A stretch of 64,000 nucleotides of DNA from Nitrosopumilus sp. (GCA_965207075.1 CBDBLO010000002.1:384001-448000); one strand, 5' to 3'; numbered from the stretch's first letter, positions 28,051-38,515 are shown. Numbers and translations are program-made. The notes: generated from the letters alone by a model not told the origin.

Positions 28051-29433
28051 CAGTCAACCCAACAGCGTCCCCAAACGGCTGGTTAGGGCGGCGGCTTCGG
28101 CGGCGGCTTCGGCGGCCTTGGAGGCAGCGTGCGGGCTAGGATGCGCAGCAGAATGTACGTGGTCATCTCGTCCTGCGTTACCACGGGCGTCCCGTCCCAG
28201 TCCGGATGATCCTGCGCGTTCTGGGCCGCGTGCAGTATGTTGAACATCACCCACGCGTTGAACAGCATGATCCCGTAAAGGAAGCAGAACGCGCGCAGCT
28301 CCGCGTTCTTGGACCGGGTCTTTGGCCTCGCGTGCTCGATCATCCTGTACCCCGTCTCGACGCCCCAGCGCCGGGAGTATTCCTCGACGTCGAGGTCGGG
28401 GTTGTTCGTAGCAAACATGATGTAGCGCTCGTGCGGCGGCAGGTCAGGATCGTCGTAATCCGCGCCGCCGCCGGCGCGCCTCTTGCGCACTGCAATGACT
28501 CCCGTGTACCGGACGCAGTTGTATCCGTCCGATATGACGACCTCCGACCTGGACCCGCGCATGCCGGCTGCAAACCTGTTGATCTCCTCCACGACGGTCG
28601 TGGTGTTCCTGCACGGTATGATGTAGTCGATGTTTTCGTCGGCCAGCACCCTCATCACGGACGTGTCAAAGAACTCCCTGTCGGCCATCAGGACTCCGAT
28701 CCCGACCCCGTGCCCCCTGCATATTGTGACCAGTTTTCGTAGGTAATCCGCGCTGTCCTCCAGCGCCGGCATCGGAAGCGCCCCGAGCGTCAGCCTGGCC
28801 CCCGGGGTCACCGACTGGATCGTAAAGTAGCGCTCAAACCACTGCGTCCCGTCCTTCCACCTGGACCTGTGGAGCTCGGGCCCGCGCTCCTTGTCGTACC
28901 TCGGTATGAGGTGCATGTCTATTGCCACGTCGAGCCTGCCCGGCAGGAGCCCCCGGTCGCGGAGCAGGTCCAGGTTCGCGTCGAGCTCCTCCCGAAACGC
29001 CGCAAGCGCCGTGCCGGGCCTGATCCTCGCGAGGTGCTTTCGCTGCCACTCGCCGCAGGGCATGGCCGCCTCCGCCTCCGCGAGCCTCCTCCCTATGATC
29101 CTGTTGTGCGCTCTCCTTGCAGAGTCCGCGCGCCCGGACGAGGACGAGCTGAATACCCCGCCCAGCAGCAGCCCGTCGTTCAGGTGCCCCTCCGTGAACA
29201 CGGCGTTCGGGGCATGCGAGACGGGCAGCATGCGCGCCACTATCCCCTCCATGGTCCCGACGACACTTTCATAAACGTCGATCCGTGACGTCATATCGCG
29301 TTCCAGTGGTCCTGTTGTCACGAAGAGTTCCGTTGGAACGCCCTCTTATAGATCTATACGCGCAGATACTTTTGACATGCGCTGAAGCCGGTGCCAAAAA
29401 CCAGTTAGTCTGGCCTAACTATTGGCTTGACTG
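28051..29433 (-). mobile_element. ISH3/IS4-like insertion sequence, 1383 bp, complete
   Basis: Imperfect TIRs CAGTCAACCCAACAG and (reverse complement) CAGTCAAGCCAATAG; 5-bp TSD TGCCT at 28046-28050 and 29434-29438. Confidence 0.9.
28083..29321 (-). CDS. DDE transposase (ISH3/IS4 family)
   Basis: AIDMHLIPRY, MADREFF, YSRRWGVETGYR. Confidence 0.9.
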   Translation of the reverse strand: MTTGPLERDMTSRIDVYESVVGTMEGIVARMLPVSHAPNAVFTEGHLNDGLLLGGVFSSSSSGRADSARRAHNRIIGRRLAEAEAAMPCGEWQRKHLARIRPGTALAAFREELDANLDLLRDRGLLPGRLDVAIDMHLIPRYDKERGPELHRSRWKDGTQWFERYFTIQSVTPGARLTLGALPMPALEDSADYLRKLVTICRGHGVGIGVLMADREFFDTSVMRVLADENIDYIIPCRNTTTVVEEINRFAAGMRGSRSEVVISDGYNCVRYTGVIAVRKRRAGGGADYDDPDLPPHERYIMFATNNPDLDVEEYSRRWGVETGYRMIEHARPKTRSKNAELRAFCFLYGIMLFNAWVMFNILHAAQNAQDHPDWDGTPVVTQDEMTTYILLRILARTLPPRPPKPPPKPPP

Positions 29434-29540
29434 TGCCTTGGAGCCATGCCTAGCGGCAGCCTGGCCCGCGCCCCATGTCTGGCAGTATTGTCCGCGTTTT
29501 TTTGTAGCGGCAGTGGCGGCGACGACGACGGTGGCGGCGC

Positions 29541-30056
29541 CTAGAAGACCTGCTGCATGTCGTTCTTTATCTCGTCTATCTTTTTGGCGTACGCCTTTTT
29601 CGGCCTGTCGTTGTTCTTAAAGTTCAGTATGCTCCCGCACGACGGGCACTTGAACATGCCGTCGAGCGCGTCCTCGAACGTCACCCGGAGGCACTCGTCG
29701 TTGCCGCAGTGGTAGAACTCTGACGCGTTCTCGTACTCGAGCCTCTGCTGCAGGCGCTCGGTTATCTTCTTCTTCTGCTTTTCGATGAACTGCTCCACCT
29801 CCTCGCGCCTGGTCCTCCACCTGTATACGAACCACCCCTTGCGCTCGTCCTTTACCTTTATCCCGGTTATCAGCGACTTGCCAAAGAGGTCGTAGAGCAC
29901 CTTGCGCACCATGTTTATCCTCAGTCCGGTGGAGCTTGCAATCTCCTCGTCGGTGGCGTCCTCGGACTTTAGCAGGGATATCGCGACCTTGAGGTACTCG
30001 TCGCCTCCAAGTATGGCCGCGATCTTTACAAACGGATCCTCGTACTTTTCTGCCAC
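29541..30056 (-). CDS. tfe: Transcription factor E (TFIIE alpha)
   Basis: TDEEIA..TGLRINMVRKVLYDL, GWFVYRW, FYHC..C, FKCPSCG. Confidence 0.95.
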   Translation of the reverse strand: MAEKYEDPFVKIAAILGGDEYLKVAISLLKSEDATDEEIASSTGLRINMVRKVLYDLFGKSLITGIKVKDERKGWFVYRWRTRREEVEQFIEKQKKKITERLQQRLEYENASEFYHCGNDECLRVTFEDALDGMFKCPSCGSILNFKNNDRPKKAYAKKIDEIKNDMQQVF

Positions 30057-30092
30057 CGTGCGCGGTCAGTTATGTGGCTATTAATCTGTTGT

Positions 30093-30725
30093 TTACTGCG
30101 CCTTGTGCGCCCCGGGCTGATCGTCGTCGCGATTGCCATCATCACCGTCATCATCATCACCACCACCACCACCACCGTACGCGCGTGACTCAACCCGCTT
30201 GCCGTGACGGGACGGGACTATGCGCCGCCTTGCCCCCCCGAACCGCTCCTGCCCGAGCTGGGAGCCCTGGTATATGCGGTCAAGCAGGACTGCCAGGGCC
30301 GCAATCTCCGAGTGAGGCTGCCCCCCCACGCTTACGTTGTAGTCTGCCGCGTCGTACACCTCCCTTGGCACCTTTTTGGCGCCTACTACGACAAGCATCC
30401 TGGCCGCGCCGTCCGCGGCGCGCCGCCGCAGCTCGCCCTGTACGTCGTTTATGGACTCGCCGTACATCGACAGGTGCACGACCGTATAGCCCTGCCGCGC
30501 CTTTTCGCGCAGGACGGGCCTCCACCCGTCCACGTACTCGACTTCGAATTTGCCCCCCCACGTCTCGTTTATTGCGCGTACGCCCTGCCTGATCTCGGGG
30601 TTCGCCTCAGTCATGTATATCCTGGACGCCCCAAAGGCCCTGGCCACCAGGGCCGCATGCGTGGTGACCCTGTCGTCCCTGACGGGGCGCTGGCCGATCC
30701 GGAGCACCTCTATGGTCGCGGTCAT
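30093..30725 (-). CDS. trm56: tRNA (cytidine(56)-2'-O)-methyltransferase
   Basis: [52 protein letters not shown]. Confidence 0.95.
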   Translation of the reverse strand: MTATIEVLRIGQRPVRDDRVTTHAALVARAFGASRIYMTEANPEIRQGVRAINETWGGKFEVEYVDGWRPVLREKARQGYTVVHLSMYGESINDVQGELRRRAADGAARMLVVVGAKKVPREVYDAADYNVSVGGQPHSEIAALAVLLDRIYQGSQLGQERFGGARRRIVPSRHGKRVESRAYGGGGGGDDDDGDDGNRDDDQPGAHKAQ

Positions 30726-31939
30726 GCGCGGCCGTCCGCCCCCTCGCGTGCTGCCGCAGTTTCCGTCGCTGCCGCGACGGCCTCTGGGACGCGGGTACCC
30801 TTCTTGTCCCGGCGTCCGGGACGCCACGCGCCGCCCGCGGCCGGGCCGAAGGCCATCTCGGCTATCATGTCATTCAGCCCGTCGATGTTAGCGCCAGTCT
30901 TGGCCGATACGGCGACCCACCTCCCCGTGCCGTCATCGTCGTCGTCCGCGCCCGCAATTCCCAGCCGCTCGGCCCTCCTCCTCGCGACATCGGCGCCCGG
31001 CGCGACCATGTCGGCCTTGTTGAGCGCGTATATGACGCGCTCCTCCCTCACTCCAAGCTCGCCTAGCGCGGCGTGGCAGCTGGCAATCTTTCTCCTTGCC
31101 GCCTGCACGGGATCGGCAAAGTCCACGACCAGCACTATCACGTCCGCGTGCCCGAGCTCCTCCAACGTGGAGCGGAACGCCTCTATCATATACGCGGGCA
31201 GCTTGCTGATGAACCCGACCGTGTCTGAGACCAGCACCGGCTCCGCGGCCCTGCCGCCGACCTGGGCGCGCCTCGTGGTGGTGGAGAGAGTGGTGAACAG
31301 CTCGTCGCCCTTCTCGTTGCTCTCCCCCGTCATTGCGTTGAACAGCGTGGTCTTGCCTGCCGACGTGTACCCCGCAAGCGAGACTGTCTTGAACCCCGCC
31401 CGCCTGCGCGCACTCCTGTGTAGTTCGCGCTGCCTTCCGGACTTTTCGAGCTTCGCCCTAGTCGAGTTCATCCGGTTCCGTATGTCGTTGTAGTACACGT
31501 CGACCCCGAACTTGCCGATCCCCCTAAACCCCGGCTGCTCGCCCATGCTCGCGAGCCTGACCCTCTCCTTTGCCCTGGCCATCTCGTACCTGAGCTGCGC
31601 CAACCTCACCTGCAGTCTAGACTCGGCGCTCGACGCGCGCCTCTCGAATATCTCCAGTATGAGGGTCTCCCTGTCGAGTATCTCCATGTGCACGGCCGAC
31701 GCCAAATTATAGTTCTGGCTCGGCTTTAGGATCTCGTCGTATACCACCACGTCGGGGCCCGTCTCCTCTACGATCTCCTGCAGCTTTTCGAGCGCCCCGC
31801 GCCCTATCCCGTACCTGGGGTGCCCCAGATAGCGTTGCCTCATCACGCGTACGGGCTCGTACCCGGCCGCGTCGCAGAGGCCCAGCGCCTCGCCCACGGC
31901 GTCCTCCCCGTTGCGCGTGATCAGGACCGCGGCCTTCAT
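30722..31939 (-). CDS. hflX: GTPase HflX
   Basis: [47 protein letters not shown]. Confidence 0.95.
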   Translation of the reverse strand: MKAAVLITRNGEDAVGEALGLCDAAGYEPVRVMRQRYLGHPRYGIGRGALEKLQEIVEETGPDVVVYDEILKPSQNYNLASAVHMEILDRETLILEIFERRASSAESRLQVRLAQLRYEMARAKERVRLASMGEQPGFRGIGKFGVDVYYNDIRNRMNSTRAKLEKSGRQRELHRSARRRAGFKTVSLAGYTSAGKTTLFNAMTGESNEKGDELFTTLSTTTRRAQVGGRAAEPVLVSDTVGFISKLPAYMIEAFRSTLEELGHADVIVLVVDFADPVQAARRKIASCHAALGELGVREERVIYALNKADMVAPGADVARRRAERLGIAGADDDDDGTGRWVAVSAKTGANIDGLNDMIAEMAFGPAAGGAWRPGRRDKKGTRVPEAVAAATETAAAREGADGRA

Positions 31940-32021
31940 CTTCCCGCCCTCTCCTTGCCTGTCATTGTAACACACCGCCGCGGCTTGGCAGTCATAATAT
32001 CTCTATCACCGGGCGCGCCCG

Positions 32022-33092
32022 TCACGCCGCTGGCGCGGCGGCGTCCCCGTTCCCCTTTTTGAGCGCCTTTTCTATGTTCATGTTCAGCACGATCTCCGAT
32101 ATGTCGCTGGCGTACTCTGCTATCCTCCTGATGTTCTCTGCCATCCTCCTTATGCGGTACACCTCCTCGTCGTCCTTGTGGTCCCTTACGGAGTCAAGCA
32201 GGTCCCTCTCGTACGTCGAGATCTCGCCGCACCTATTTATGGTGCCCTCCGCCTGGACGTGGTCCTCCTTGAAGAGGGCCAAGCACGCGTCATCAAGCAC
32301 CGAGAGGCAGAACTGGCTCATCCTCTCGAGCCTGTCCAGGTACTCCGGCCCTATGCTCTTCTGGAACTCCAGGACGTCCTTTGCCACGAGCGTGGCGTGA
32401 TCCCCCGTCCTCTCGATGTTCTTCACCACCAGCCTGTACCCGAGGCAGTTCCTGGCGTTCCGAAACCCGATCTCCTGCAGTATGTGCTCGTTCTGTATCG
32501 CTATCTTCAGCTGGCGTATTATGTAAAAGCCGAACCTGTCGACCTCGTCGTCCGTGCTGATCACCTCTTTTGCGAGCTCCGCGTTGTTCTCGCGCACGGC
32601 CAGTATGGCGTCGCTGCACATGGACTTTGCCAGGTGTATCATGCGCTTGAACGCCCCGTCGACTGACAGCTCGAGGAGGTTCACCAGCACCTGGACCGTG
32701 ATGCCGCTGCTCGAGTCGGAGGTTATCTCCGAGCCCATGAGCATCCTCTTCACTGACTCCTTTACGGTGCTCCTCTGGCCCGGGCTGAGCCTGTCCCCCC
32801 TCGGCTTTACCGTGATGGACCTGAACCCCAGAAAGTAGAGCGAGATGAGCTTGCGCACTATACTTGACGGCTCGTCCCTGCCGTCTATCTCCAGTATGGC
32901 GTCCTCCTTCTTCGGCGTCCTCGGCTCGTACTTTGGGGGGTGCACCTCGAGGGCCGTCGCCCCCTTGCGCACTATCCTCACCTGGTCGCCCCTCTTGAGG
33001 CCCAGGTCGGTTATCCAGTCCTTTGGCAGGGTGACTATATACGACGACTTGCCGGTAAATTGAATCTTGCGCATCTCCTCATTCTCGCTCAT
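32022..33092 (-). CDS. phoU: Phosphate uptake regulator (AbrB + PhoU domains)
   Basis: RKIQFTGKSSYIVTLPKDW, DDEVDRF, IERTGDHA, RRIAEYASDISE. Confidence 0.9.
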   Translation of the reverse strand: MSENEEMRKIQFTGKSSYIVTLPKDWITDLGLKRGDQVRIVRKGATALEVHPPKYEPRTPKKEDAILEIDGRDEPSSIVRKLISLYFLGFRSITVKPRGDRLSPGQRSTVKESVKRMLMGSEITSDSSSGITVQVLVNLLELSVDGAFKRMIHLAKSMCSDAILAVRENNAELAKEVISTDDEVDRFGFYIIRQLKIAIQNEHILQEIGFRNARNCLGYRLVVKNIERTGDHATLVAKDVLEFQKSIGPEYLDRLERMSQFCLSVLDDACLALFKEDHVQAEGTINRCGEISTYERDLLDSVRDHKDDEEVYRIRRMAENIRRIAEYASDISEIVLNMNIEKALKKGNGDAAAPAA

Positions 33093-33201
33093 GTATATGA
33101 TGCGGGCCGGCCATTCTATATAGACATGCCGCCCCATATGGCCTGTATCGCATGCGCGGTGGCGCGCGTACGTCTAATAGTGGCGGCGTGATGCATGCCG
33201 C

Positions 33202-33672
33202 ATGCAGGAGGTCTCAAAGGTGCGCCATACCATCGACGCGCAGTTCGGGCGCGGGGCGCACAGGTCGGTTCCGGCGGGCGCCGTCATAGAGCGCTCAAGG
33301 CGGACCGGGCGCATAAGGGGGATACGCGACGGCAGTCAGAACCTGCTCTGCACCCTGAGGCCCGACGGCGGGCTGGCGATCACGACGCGCCTGGCCGAGG
33401 TGATGCTTGCCAGGCGCCCTGCCGCATTCGCGTCGTACTGCGTCGAGGTCTCGCCTGACGCCGCCCCGTTCGTGGAGGAGGGCCGGTCGGTCTTCTGCAG
33501 GCACGTGGTGCGCTGCGGCCGAAACGTCAGGGCCGCCTCCGACGTGCCCGTCACGTGCGGCGGCAGGGTGATCGCGGTGGGCAGGGCGCTGCTGTCGTGC
33601 GAGGTAATGTCGGATATGAGCAGGGGGGTCGCAGTCAAGGTCAGGGATGGTTTAAAAGGTCGCGGCGGGTAA
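33202..33672 (+). CDS. PUA-domain RNA-binding protein (ArcTGT C-terminal-like)
   Basis: SRRTGRIR, TLRPDGG, FVEEGRSVFCRHV, AVGRALL, RGVAVKVR. Confidence 0.85.
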   Translation: MQEVSKVRHTIDAQFGRGAHRSVPAGAVIERSRRTGRIRGIRDGSQNLLCTLRPDGGLAITTRLAEVMLARRPAAFASYCVEVSPDAAPFVEEGRSVFCRHVVRCGRNVRAASDVPVTCGGRVIAVGRALLSCEVMSDMSRGVAVKVRDGLKGRGG

Positions 33673-33679
33673 CCATGCC

Positions 33680-34027
33680 ATGATGCGTGGCGGAAACCGC
33701 GGCATGCGGCGCATGATCGACAAGATGGGCCTTGACGTGGAGGAGATAAAGAACGTCCGAGAGGTGGTGATCAAGACCGACAAGAAGGAGATTATCGTCG
33801 AAAAGCCGTCCGTCTCGGAGATGAAGAGCAAGGACGCCACCATATTCACCGTGACCGCCGACGGCGGCGGCTACTCGGAGCGCGAACTGGAGGTCCCGGT
33901 ATTCCCGGACGAGGACATCGACATGGTGTGCGAGGAGACCGGCGTCGACAGGGAGAGGGCGGCCGCCGCGCTGGCCGAGGCCGACGGCGACCTGGCGCGC
34001 GCCATACTGGCGCTCGGCGACAAGTAG
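33680..34027 (+). CDS. nac: Nascent polypeptide-associated complex protein
   Basis: MRRMIDKMGL, EVVIK, C-terminal UBA DIDMVCEETGV...GDLARAI. Confidence 0.93.
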   Translation: MMRGGNRGMRRMIDKMGLDVEEIKNVREVVIKTDKKEIIVEKPSVSEMKSKDATIFTVTADGGGYSERELEVPVFPDEDIDMVCEETGVDRERAAAALAEADGDLARAILALGDK

Positions 34028-34082
34028 AGCGGCGCCGGCCCCGAATTAAGATTTAAGTAATAGCCTGCGTGAGCCCAAGCGT

Positions 34083-34433
34083 ATGAGCAAGGGTTCTGCA
34101 AGCGTGGCGGCCGAGTCCAACGTCTCCGGCATCATAAAGTCGCTCAGCGCGCTCGAGGACGACCTCGACTCCCTGGGCGGCAAGGTGGGTGACATGAAAA
34201 AGCAGCTTGCGGCAAGGGCCCAGTCCCAGATCGAGTCCATGATGGAAAAGACGCGGGAGATGGCCTCAAAGGAGGCCGAGGTTATCATCAACGAGTCAAA
34301 GGCGGCAGCGGAGGCCGAGTCCAAAAGCATAACGGAGCGCGGCGAGGCCAGGCTTGCCGAGATAAAATCCGCCGTCGACGACAACTTTGAGGGCGCGGTG
34401 AAGGACGTGGTATCGACCATTTTGAAGCCATGA
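34083..34433 (+). CDS. Coiled-coil hypothetical protein (A/V-ATPase subunit H/G-like)
   Basis: Helical EA..II.E.K..AE.E pattern. Confidence 0.65.
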   Translation: MSKGSASVAAESNVSGIIKSLSALEDDLDSLGGKVGDMKKQLAARAQSQIESMMEKTREMASKEAEVIINESKAAAEAESKSITERGEARLAEIKSAVDDNFEGAVKDVVSTILKP

Positions 34434-34436
34434 CCG

Positions 34437-35267
34437 GTGCGCCATGATCATACACGTCACAACAACCAGTACCGTCGCATATCTCTTCACCGCAGGGCCG
34501 CCGGGGCCTCCGGTGTGTGCCGCCTGCTGCCGCCGCCGTTGCTACTGCTACTGCTCAGGACGCGGTGGCGCGCCGTGACGTTCCACCCGCTGCAGGATCC
34601 ACCATTTCCAAGCGGCCTGCGCGTGGCGGTGGCGACTGCCCGCGGCAGGCCGTACTATTACTTTTCGTCGCTGCTCAGGGGGCTGGGCGTCCGGTTCGAC
34701 TCGATACTGCCGGATCACATGGGCGCGTACGGGGGCCACCTCGTGATGACCACGGTGCCGGAGCATCCGGGGCCCCGCGCGTTTCAGGGCCCCTCCCTGT
34801 TCTTTGAGGACGTCTCGGGGCACCCGCCCGCCGTGGTGTGCGGCCTGATGGTACGGGAGTCCGGCATGCATCCGGGGCCCGAGGAGCTCGTAGTGGGGAT
34901 AGACCCGGGGCAGCGTAGCGGGCTTGCAATATCGTACTGCGGGCGGGAGATAGGGTCGTCGATACACTCCTCCGTGGACGGCCTGGTCTCGATGGTCATA
35001 CGCGTGCTGGGGGGCCTGCCTGCAAGGCGCAGGCTCGTCAAGATAGGGGACGGCGACGTCGAGACGGCCTGCGAGATTGCCCGCATGCTGAACCTGCGCT
35101 TCTGCTCCTCCTTTGAGTTCGAGCTCGTCGACGAGAGCCGGACGAGCCCAAAGCTCAAGAACTTTAACCGCCGCGGCAGGCGCGACATCCTGTCCGCGCG
35201 CTACATATCCCGCCGCGACGGCAGGAGGAGGCACCGCGACGTCATGCCGCTCTCGTTGACCGGCTGA
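34437..35267 (+). CDS. Hypothetical protein with RNase H-like motifs (true start probably downstream)
   Basis: VGIDPG, KIGDG, VDESRTS, DILSA. Confidence 0.65.
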   Translation: MRHDHTRHNNQYRRISLHRRAAGASGVCRLLPPPLLLLLLRTRWRAVTFHPLQDPPFPSGLRVAVATARGRPYYYFSSLLRGLGVRFDSILPDHMGAYGGHLVMTTVPEHPGPRAFQGPSLFFEDVSGHPPAVVCGLMVRESGMHPGPEELVVGIDPGQRSGLAISYCGREIGSSIHSSVDGLVSMVIRVLGGLPARRRLVKIGDGDVETACEIARMLNLRFCSSFEFELVDESRTSPKLKNFNRRGRRDILSARYISRRDGRRRHRDVMPLSLTG

Positions 35268-35441
35268 CGACGCGCTGCCGCCTGCGGCCGTGATAACTGC
35301 ATATTTTCTTAAGAATTCCCGCTGTTTTTGTTGTATTTTCCAAATTTTCATACCATATCGGCAAGTTTTATATTTTTGGACTGTTTTTTTGAAAGTTTTC
35401 TGGCTTTAGGCTTAAATACCTTTCGTGTTTATCAATCACAC

Positions 35442-35894
35442 ATGACGTGCAAGGGAATCTGTACTCGATACAAGGCCCAAAAGCCGGTCGGGACGGGCAG
35501 GTACGCCTCGGGACAGCGTCGGTGCCAGATATGCGAGATATTCATAAAATGGGAGGGGCTGTGGTGCCCGTGCTGCGGGTACAGGCTCCGCACAAAGCCG
35601 CGCAACCTCAAGTACAAGGCCAAGCTGCGCGCCAGGGTGGAGGCGAGCGCGGCAGAGGCGCGGGCAAGCTTGGCCGCCGCCGCCTCAAAGGCAAAAAAAG
35701 CCAAGTCCAAGGCCGCCAAGGTGTTAAAACCCGCTAGGGCCAAAAAGGCCGCCGCCTCCAAGTCCGGCGCCGCAGAGGGCAAGGCGACAAAGGGGGAGAA
35801 GAAGCCGTGCACGTACTGCGATAGACTGTTTGTATATCCCAAGCGCCACGCGAAGAACTGCAAGAATAACCCCGCCGCGTCCGGCAGCACGTAG
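35442..35894 (+). CDS. Thaumarchaeal Cys-rich zinc-binding protein with Lys/Ala-rich tail
   Basis: MTCKGICTRYKA...RYASGQRRCQICEIF...CPCCGYRLRTKPR; H1-like linker; terminal CTYC..H...C. Confidence 0.8.
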   Translation: MTCKGICTRYKAQKPVGTGRYASGQRRCQICEIFIKWEGLWCPCCGYRLRTKPRNLKYKAKLRARVEASAAEARASLAAAASKAKKAKSKAAKVLKPARAKKAAASKSGAAEGKATKGEKKPCTYCDRLFVYPKRHAKNCKNNPAASGST

Positions 35895-36011
35895 GGGCGC
35901 ATTGATATTGACGGCGTCGCCCACCCCACGGTGAAGGGAATGCCCGCAACAACGGATGCAGAGGAAGGGACGGCAGGCCCCGCGCCGGGCGTGCCCGGGG
36001 GCAGGGACGTC

Positions 36012-36368
36012 ATGTCCGAGAGCACGGTAAGCCCGCAGGGCCGTTCCTTTGTCGTGCAGGTGCACAGGTTTGAGAACGGGGTGTTTGCGGCGATATCCGA
36101 GAACAGCCGCCGGCTCGGCTCGCTTGCGGTGTCGCTCGTATCGCGGGCGGGGGCCGCCCCGGTTACTACGACGATAATCCCGCCGCGCGATCCCACGTGC
36201 GCGTTTCTCATGAGGATGGCGGCCGAGCAGATCAGCTCGCGGACGCGCGGGATCGCGGCCGTCTCCGTGTACGCCGACGGCGAGCTCGGCGCGCCGACGT
36301 CAAAGGAGCTGCTCGAGGTCCTGGTGGGGATGATAACCCTTGGGGGGGAGAAGGATGGTTCTGCCTGA
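36012..36368 (+). CDS. Hypothetical protein (proteasome assembly chaperone-like)
   Basis: RSFVVQVHRFENGVFAAISE..RLGSLAVS; overlaps the ubiD start; start uncertain (35931 or 36012). Confidence 0.6.
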   Translation: MSESTVSPQGRSFVVQVHRFENGVFAAISENSRRLGSLAVSLVSRAGAAPVTTTIIPPRDPTCAFLMRMAAEQISSRTRGIAAVSVYADGELGAPTSKELLEVLVGMITLGGEKDGSA

Positions 36369-37734
36369 CCTGCGCGGATACCTCTCGGCAATCGAGAGGG
36401 CGGGCCAGCTGAAGCGCGTCGCAAAGCCGGCCTCTACAAGGTTCGAGATTGCGGGTGTGACGGCGCGGGCAGACGGGGGGCCCGCCATACTGTTTGAGCA
36501 TGTCAGGGGCAGCGGCAGCGCCGGCTTCCGGCTCGTCTCGAACCTGGTGGGAACGCGCCAGAGGTTTGCCGCCGCCGTGGGGGCCAGGACGGAGCGGGCC
36601 ATCCATGACAAGGTCATATCGGCGATATCAAAAGCGAGGAGGCCCAGAACATCCCGGCGCGCGGGGCTGTACGAGGAGAACCATACACGCGACCTGTCCG
36701 TGCTGCCCATAGTGACGCACTTTGAGAAGGAGCCGGGGCCGTTCGTAACGTCCTCCGTGATATACGCCGAGAACCCGGAGACTGGGGCGCAGAACTCTTC
36801 TTTCCACAGGCTCATGCCCGTTGCGGGGGGAGACAGCGGTGGCGGCGGCAAGACCACGAGGTGCACCGTCCGCATGGTGGAGGGGCGGCACCTGCACCGG
36901 TGCTTTGAGGCCGCCAAGACGCTGGGACAGGACCTCAGGGTGGCCATTACGATAGGCGTGCACCCGGCCATATCGATCGCGTCCGCATACCAGGCGGAGT
37001 GGGGCCGGGACGAGATGCACATCGCAAACTCTATTCTGGGCGGAAAGTTGGAGCTTGCCAAGCTGGGATGGTCCGGGATGTACGTGCCGTCCGGCGCCGA
37101 GATCGTACTGGAGGGCCGCATACTGCACGACGTGACGCATAGGGAGTGGATGGTCGAGATGCTGCAGACCTACGACCACAAGAGGCGGCAGCCCGTATTT
37201 GAGCTGGAGCGGTTACACTACAGGAACGACCCCATATTCCACGACATACTCTCCGGGTATGCGGAGCACCGCCTCCTGATGGGCATGCCCATCGAGTCCA
37301 AGCTCAACGGCGAGCTCGGGGCGGCGTTTCCGCAGGTCAGGCGCGTCTCGGTGACCAACGGAGGCTGCAACTGGCTGCATGCCGCGGTCCAGATATCAAA
37401 GAGGCGCTCAGACGACCCCAGGCGCATAATAAAGAGGGCGTTTGCATCCCACCGCTCGCTCAAGCAGGTCACCGTGGTGGATGAGGACATCGACCCGGAC
37501 AGCGCCGAGTCGGTAGAGTACGCGATGGCGACCAGGTTCCAGGCCGACAGGGACCTCGTCATAGTCAGGAACGTGAGGGGCTCGAGCCTGGATCCGTCAA
37601 GCGACCAGAAGAACCTGAAGACGGCCAAGATGGGGGTGGACGCCACCATACCCCGATCAAAGCGCCCCGAGGGGTTCGAGATTGCGAAAATCCCGGGCAT
37701 CGAGAAAATCAGGCTCGAGAGGTACCTCGGGTGA
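36355..37734 (+). CDS. UbiD family (prFMN-dependent) decarboxylase
   Basis: DLRGYL, NSSFHRL, AEIVLEG, WLHAAVQI, VVDEDID, RGSSLDPS, KMGVDAT. Confidence 0.93.
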   Translation: MVLPDLRGYLSAIERAGQLKRVAKPASTRFEIAGVTARADGGPAILFEHVRGSGSAGFRLVSNLVGTRQRFAAAVGARTERAIHDKVISAISKARRPRTSRRAGLYEENHTRDLSVLPIVTHFEKEPGPFVTSSVIYAENPETGAQNSSFHRLMPVAGGDSGGGGKTTRCTVRMVEGRHLHRCFEAAKTLGQDLRVAITIGVHPAISIASAYQAEWGRDEMHIANSILGGKLELAKLGWSGMYVPSGAEIVLEGRILHDVTHREWMVEMLQTYDHKRRQPVFELERLHYRNDPIFHDILSGYAEHRLLMGMPIESKLNGELGAAFPQVRRVSVTNGGCNWLHAAVQISKRRSDDPRRIIKRAFASHRSLKQVTVVDEDIDPDSAESVEYAMATRFQADRDLVIVRNVRGSSLDPSSDQKNLKTAKMGVDATIPRSKRPEGFEIAKIPGIEKIRLERYLG

Positions 37735-37765
37735 CACACCCGTTTCGTATCTGACGGCGCGGACG

Positions 37766-38515
37766 TCACGCGTATCCTCGTACGGAGCCGCCGTACTGCC
37801 CGTTGCGTTTCATGTAATACTTGGCAAACCATTTCAGGAAGTGCATCTCGTCGTACTGGAGGTTTCTCTTTTCAAGGACGCGGTAATACTGTACCTGTCG
37901 GTAAATCTTATGCCCAGCGGCGGATATCCATTTTTTTATCAGCATGTAGTTCATCAGCAGCCTTGACGTCCTGCCGTTGCCGTCGCCGAACGGACGTATG
38001 TTTGCAAACCTAAAGTGCGCGGCCCCTGCAAACTCCACCGGATCCATTGCCTTGCGGCTTCCACCTGAGTTCAACCACCTGAAAAAGTTCCTTGCAAAGG
38101 CCGGGACGAATCGATGGTGCGAAAACCGTGAGTTGCTTCCTGTTATGAACACCGCATGCCGGCGCAACGCGCCTGCGATCTCCAGTTTTGTCTTTTCAAA
38201 CATTGCCTTGCGCCATGACACCACCCGCCTCATGTCAAGGCGGGGAGGCGGCTTCCTTGCCATGTCTGTAAATATCTGATGGTGAATCTTGGCCTCTAGC
38301 ATGTCGGATTCGGGCTTTTGCGCCGGGGTGAGGTTGAACCCTGGGAGTTCATACGTCTCCTTTTTTGTCAGGGACGCGCCCTCGATTTTCTGCGTATCGT
38401 GCGTGAACCGGTATGAAAATTCTTCTAGTCGTCGATTCTCTGGAATTCCGGAACTGGCATATACCGTCCTGATGTCCTCCAGGACGGGCCTCCACTGCAA
38501 CCGCAGCATGTCCAA
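37766..38515 (-). pseudogene. Fic family protein, truncated and decayed
   Basis: KIEGASLT; motif reads IRPFGDGNGRTSRL (His to Arg); the native NGYPPLGIRFTDR segment sits in another frame; 5' end abuts an IS remnant. Confidence 0.75.
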
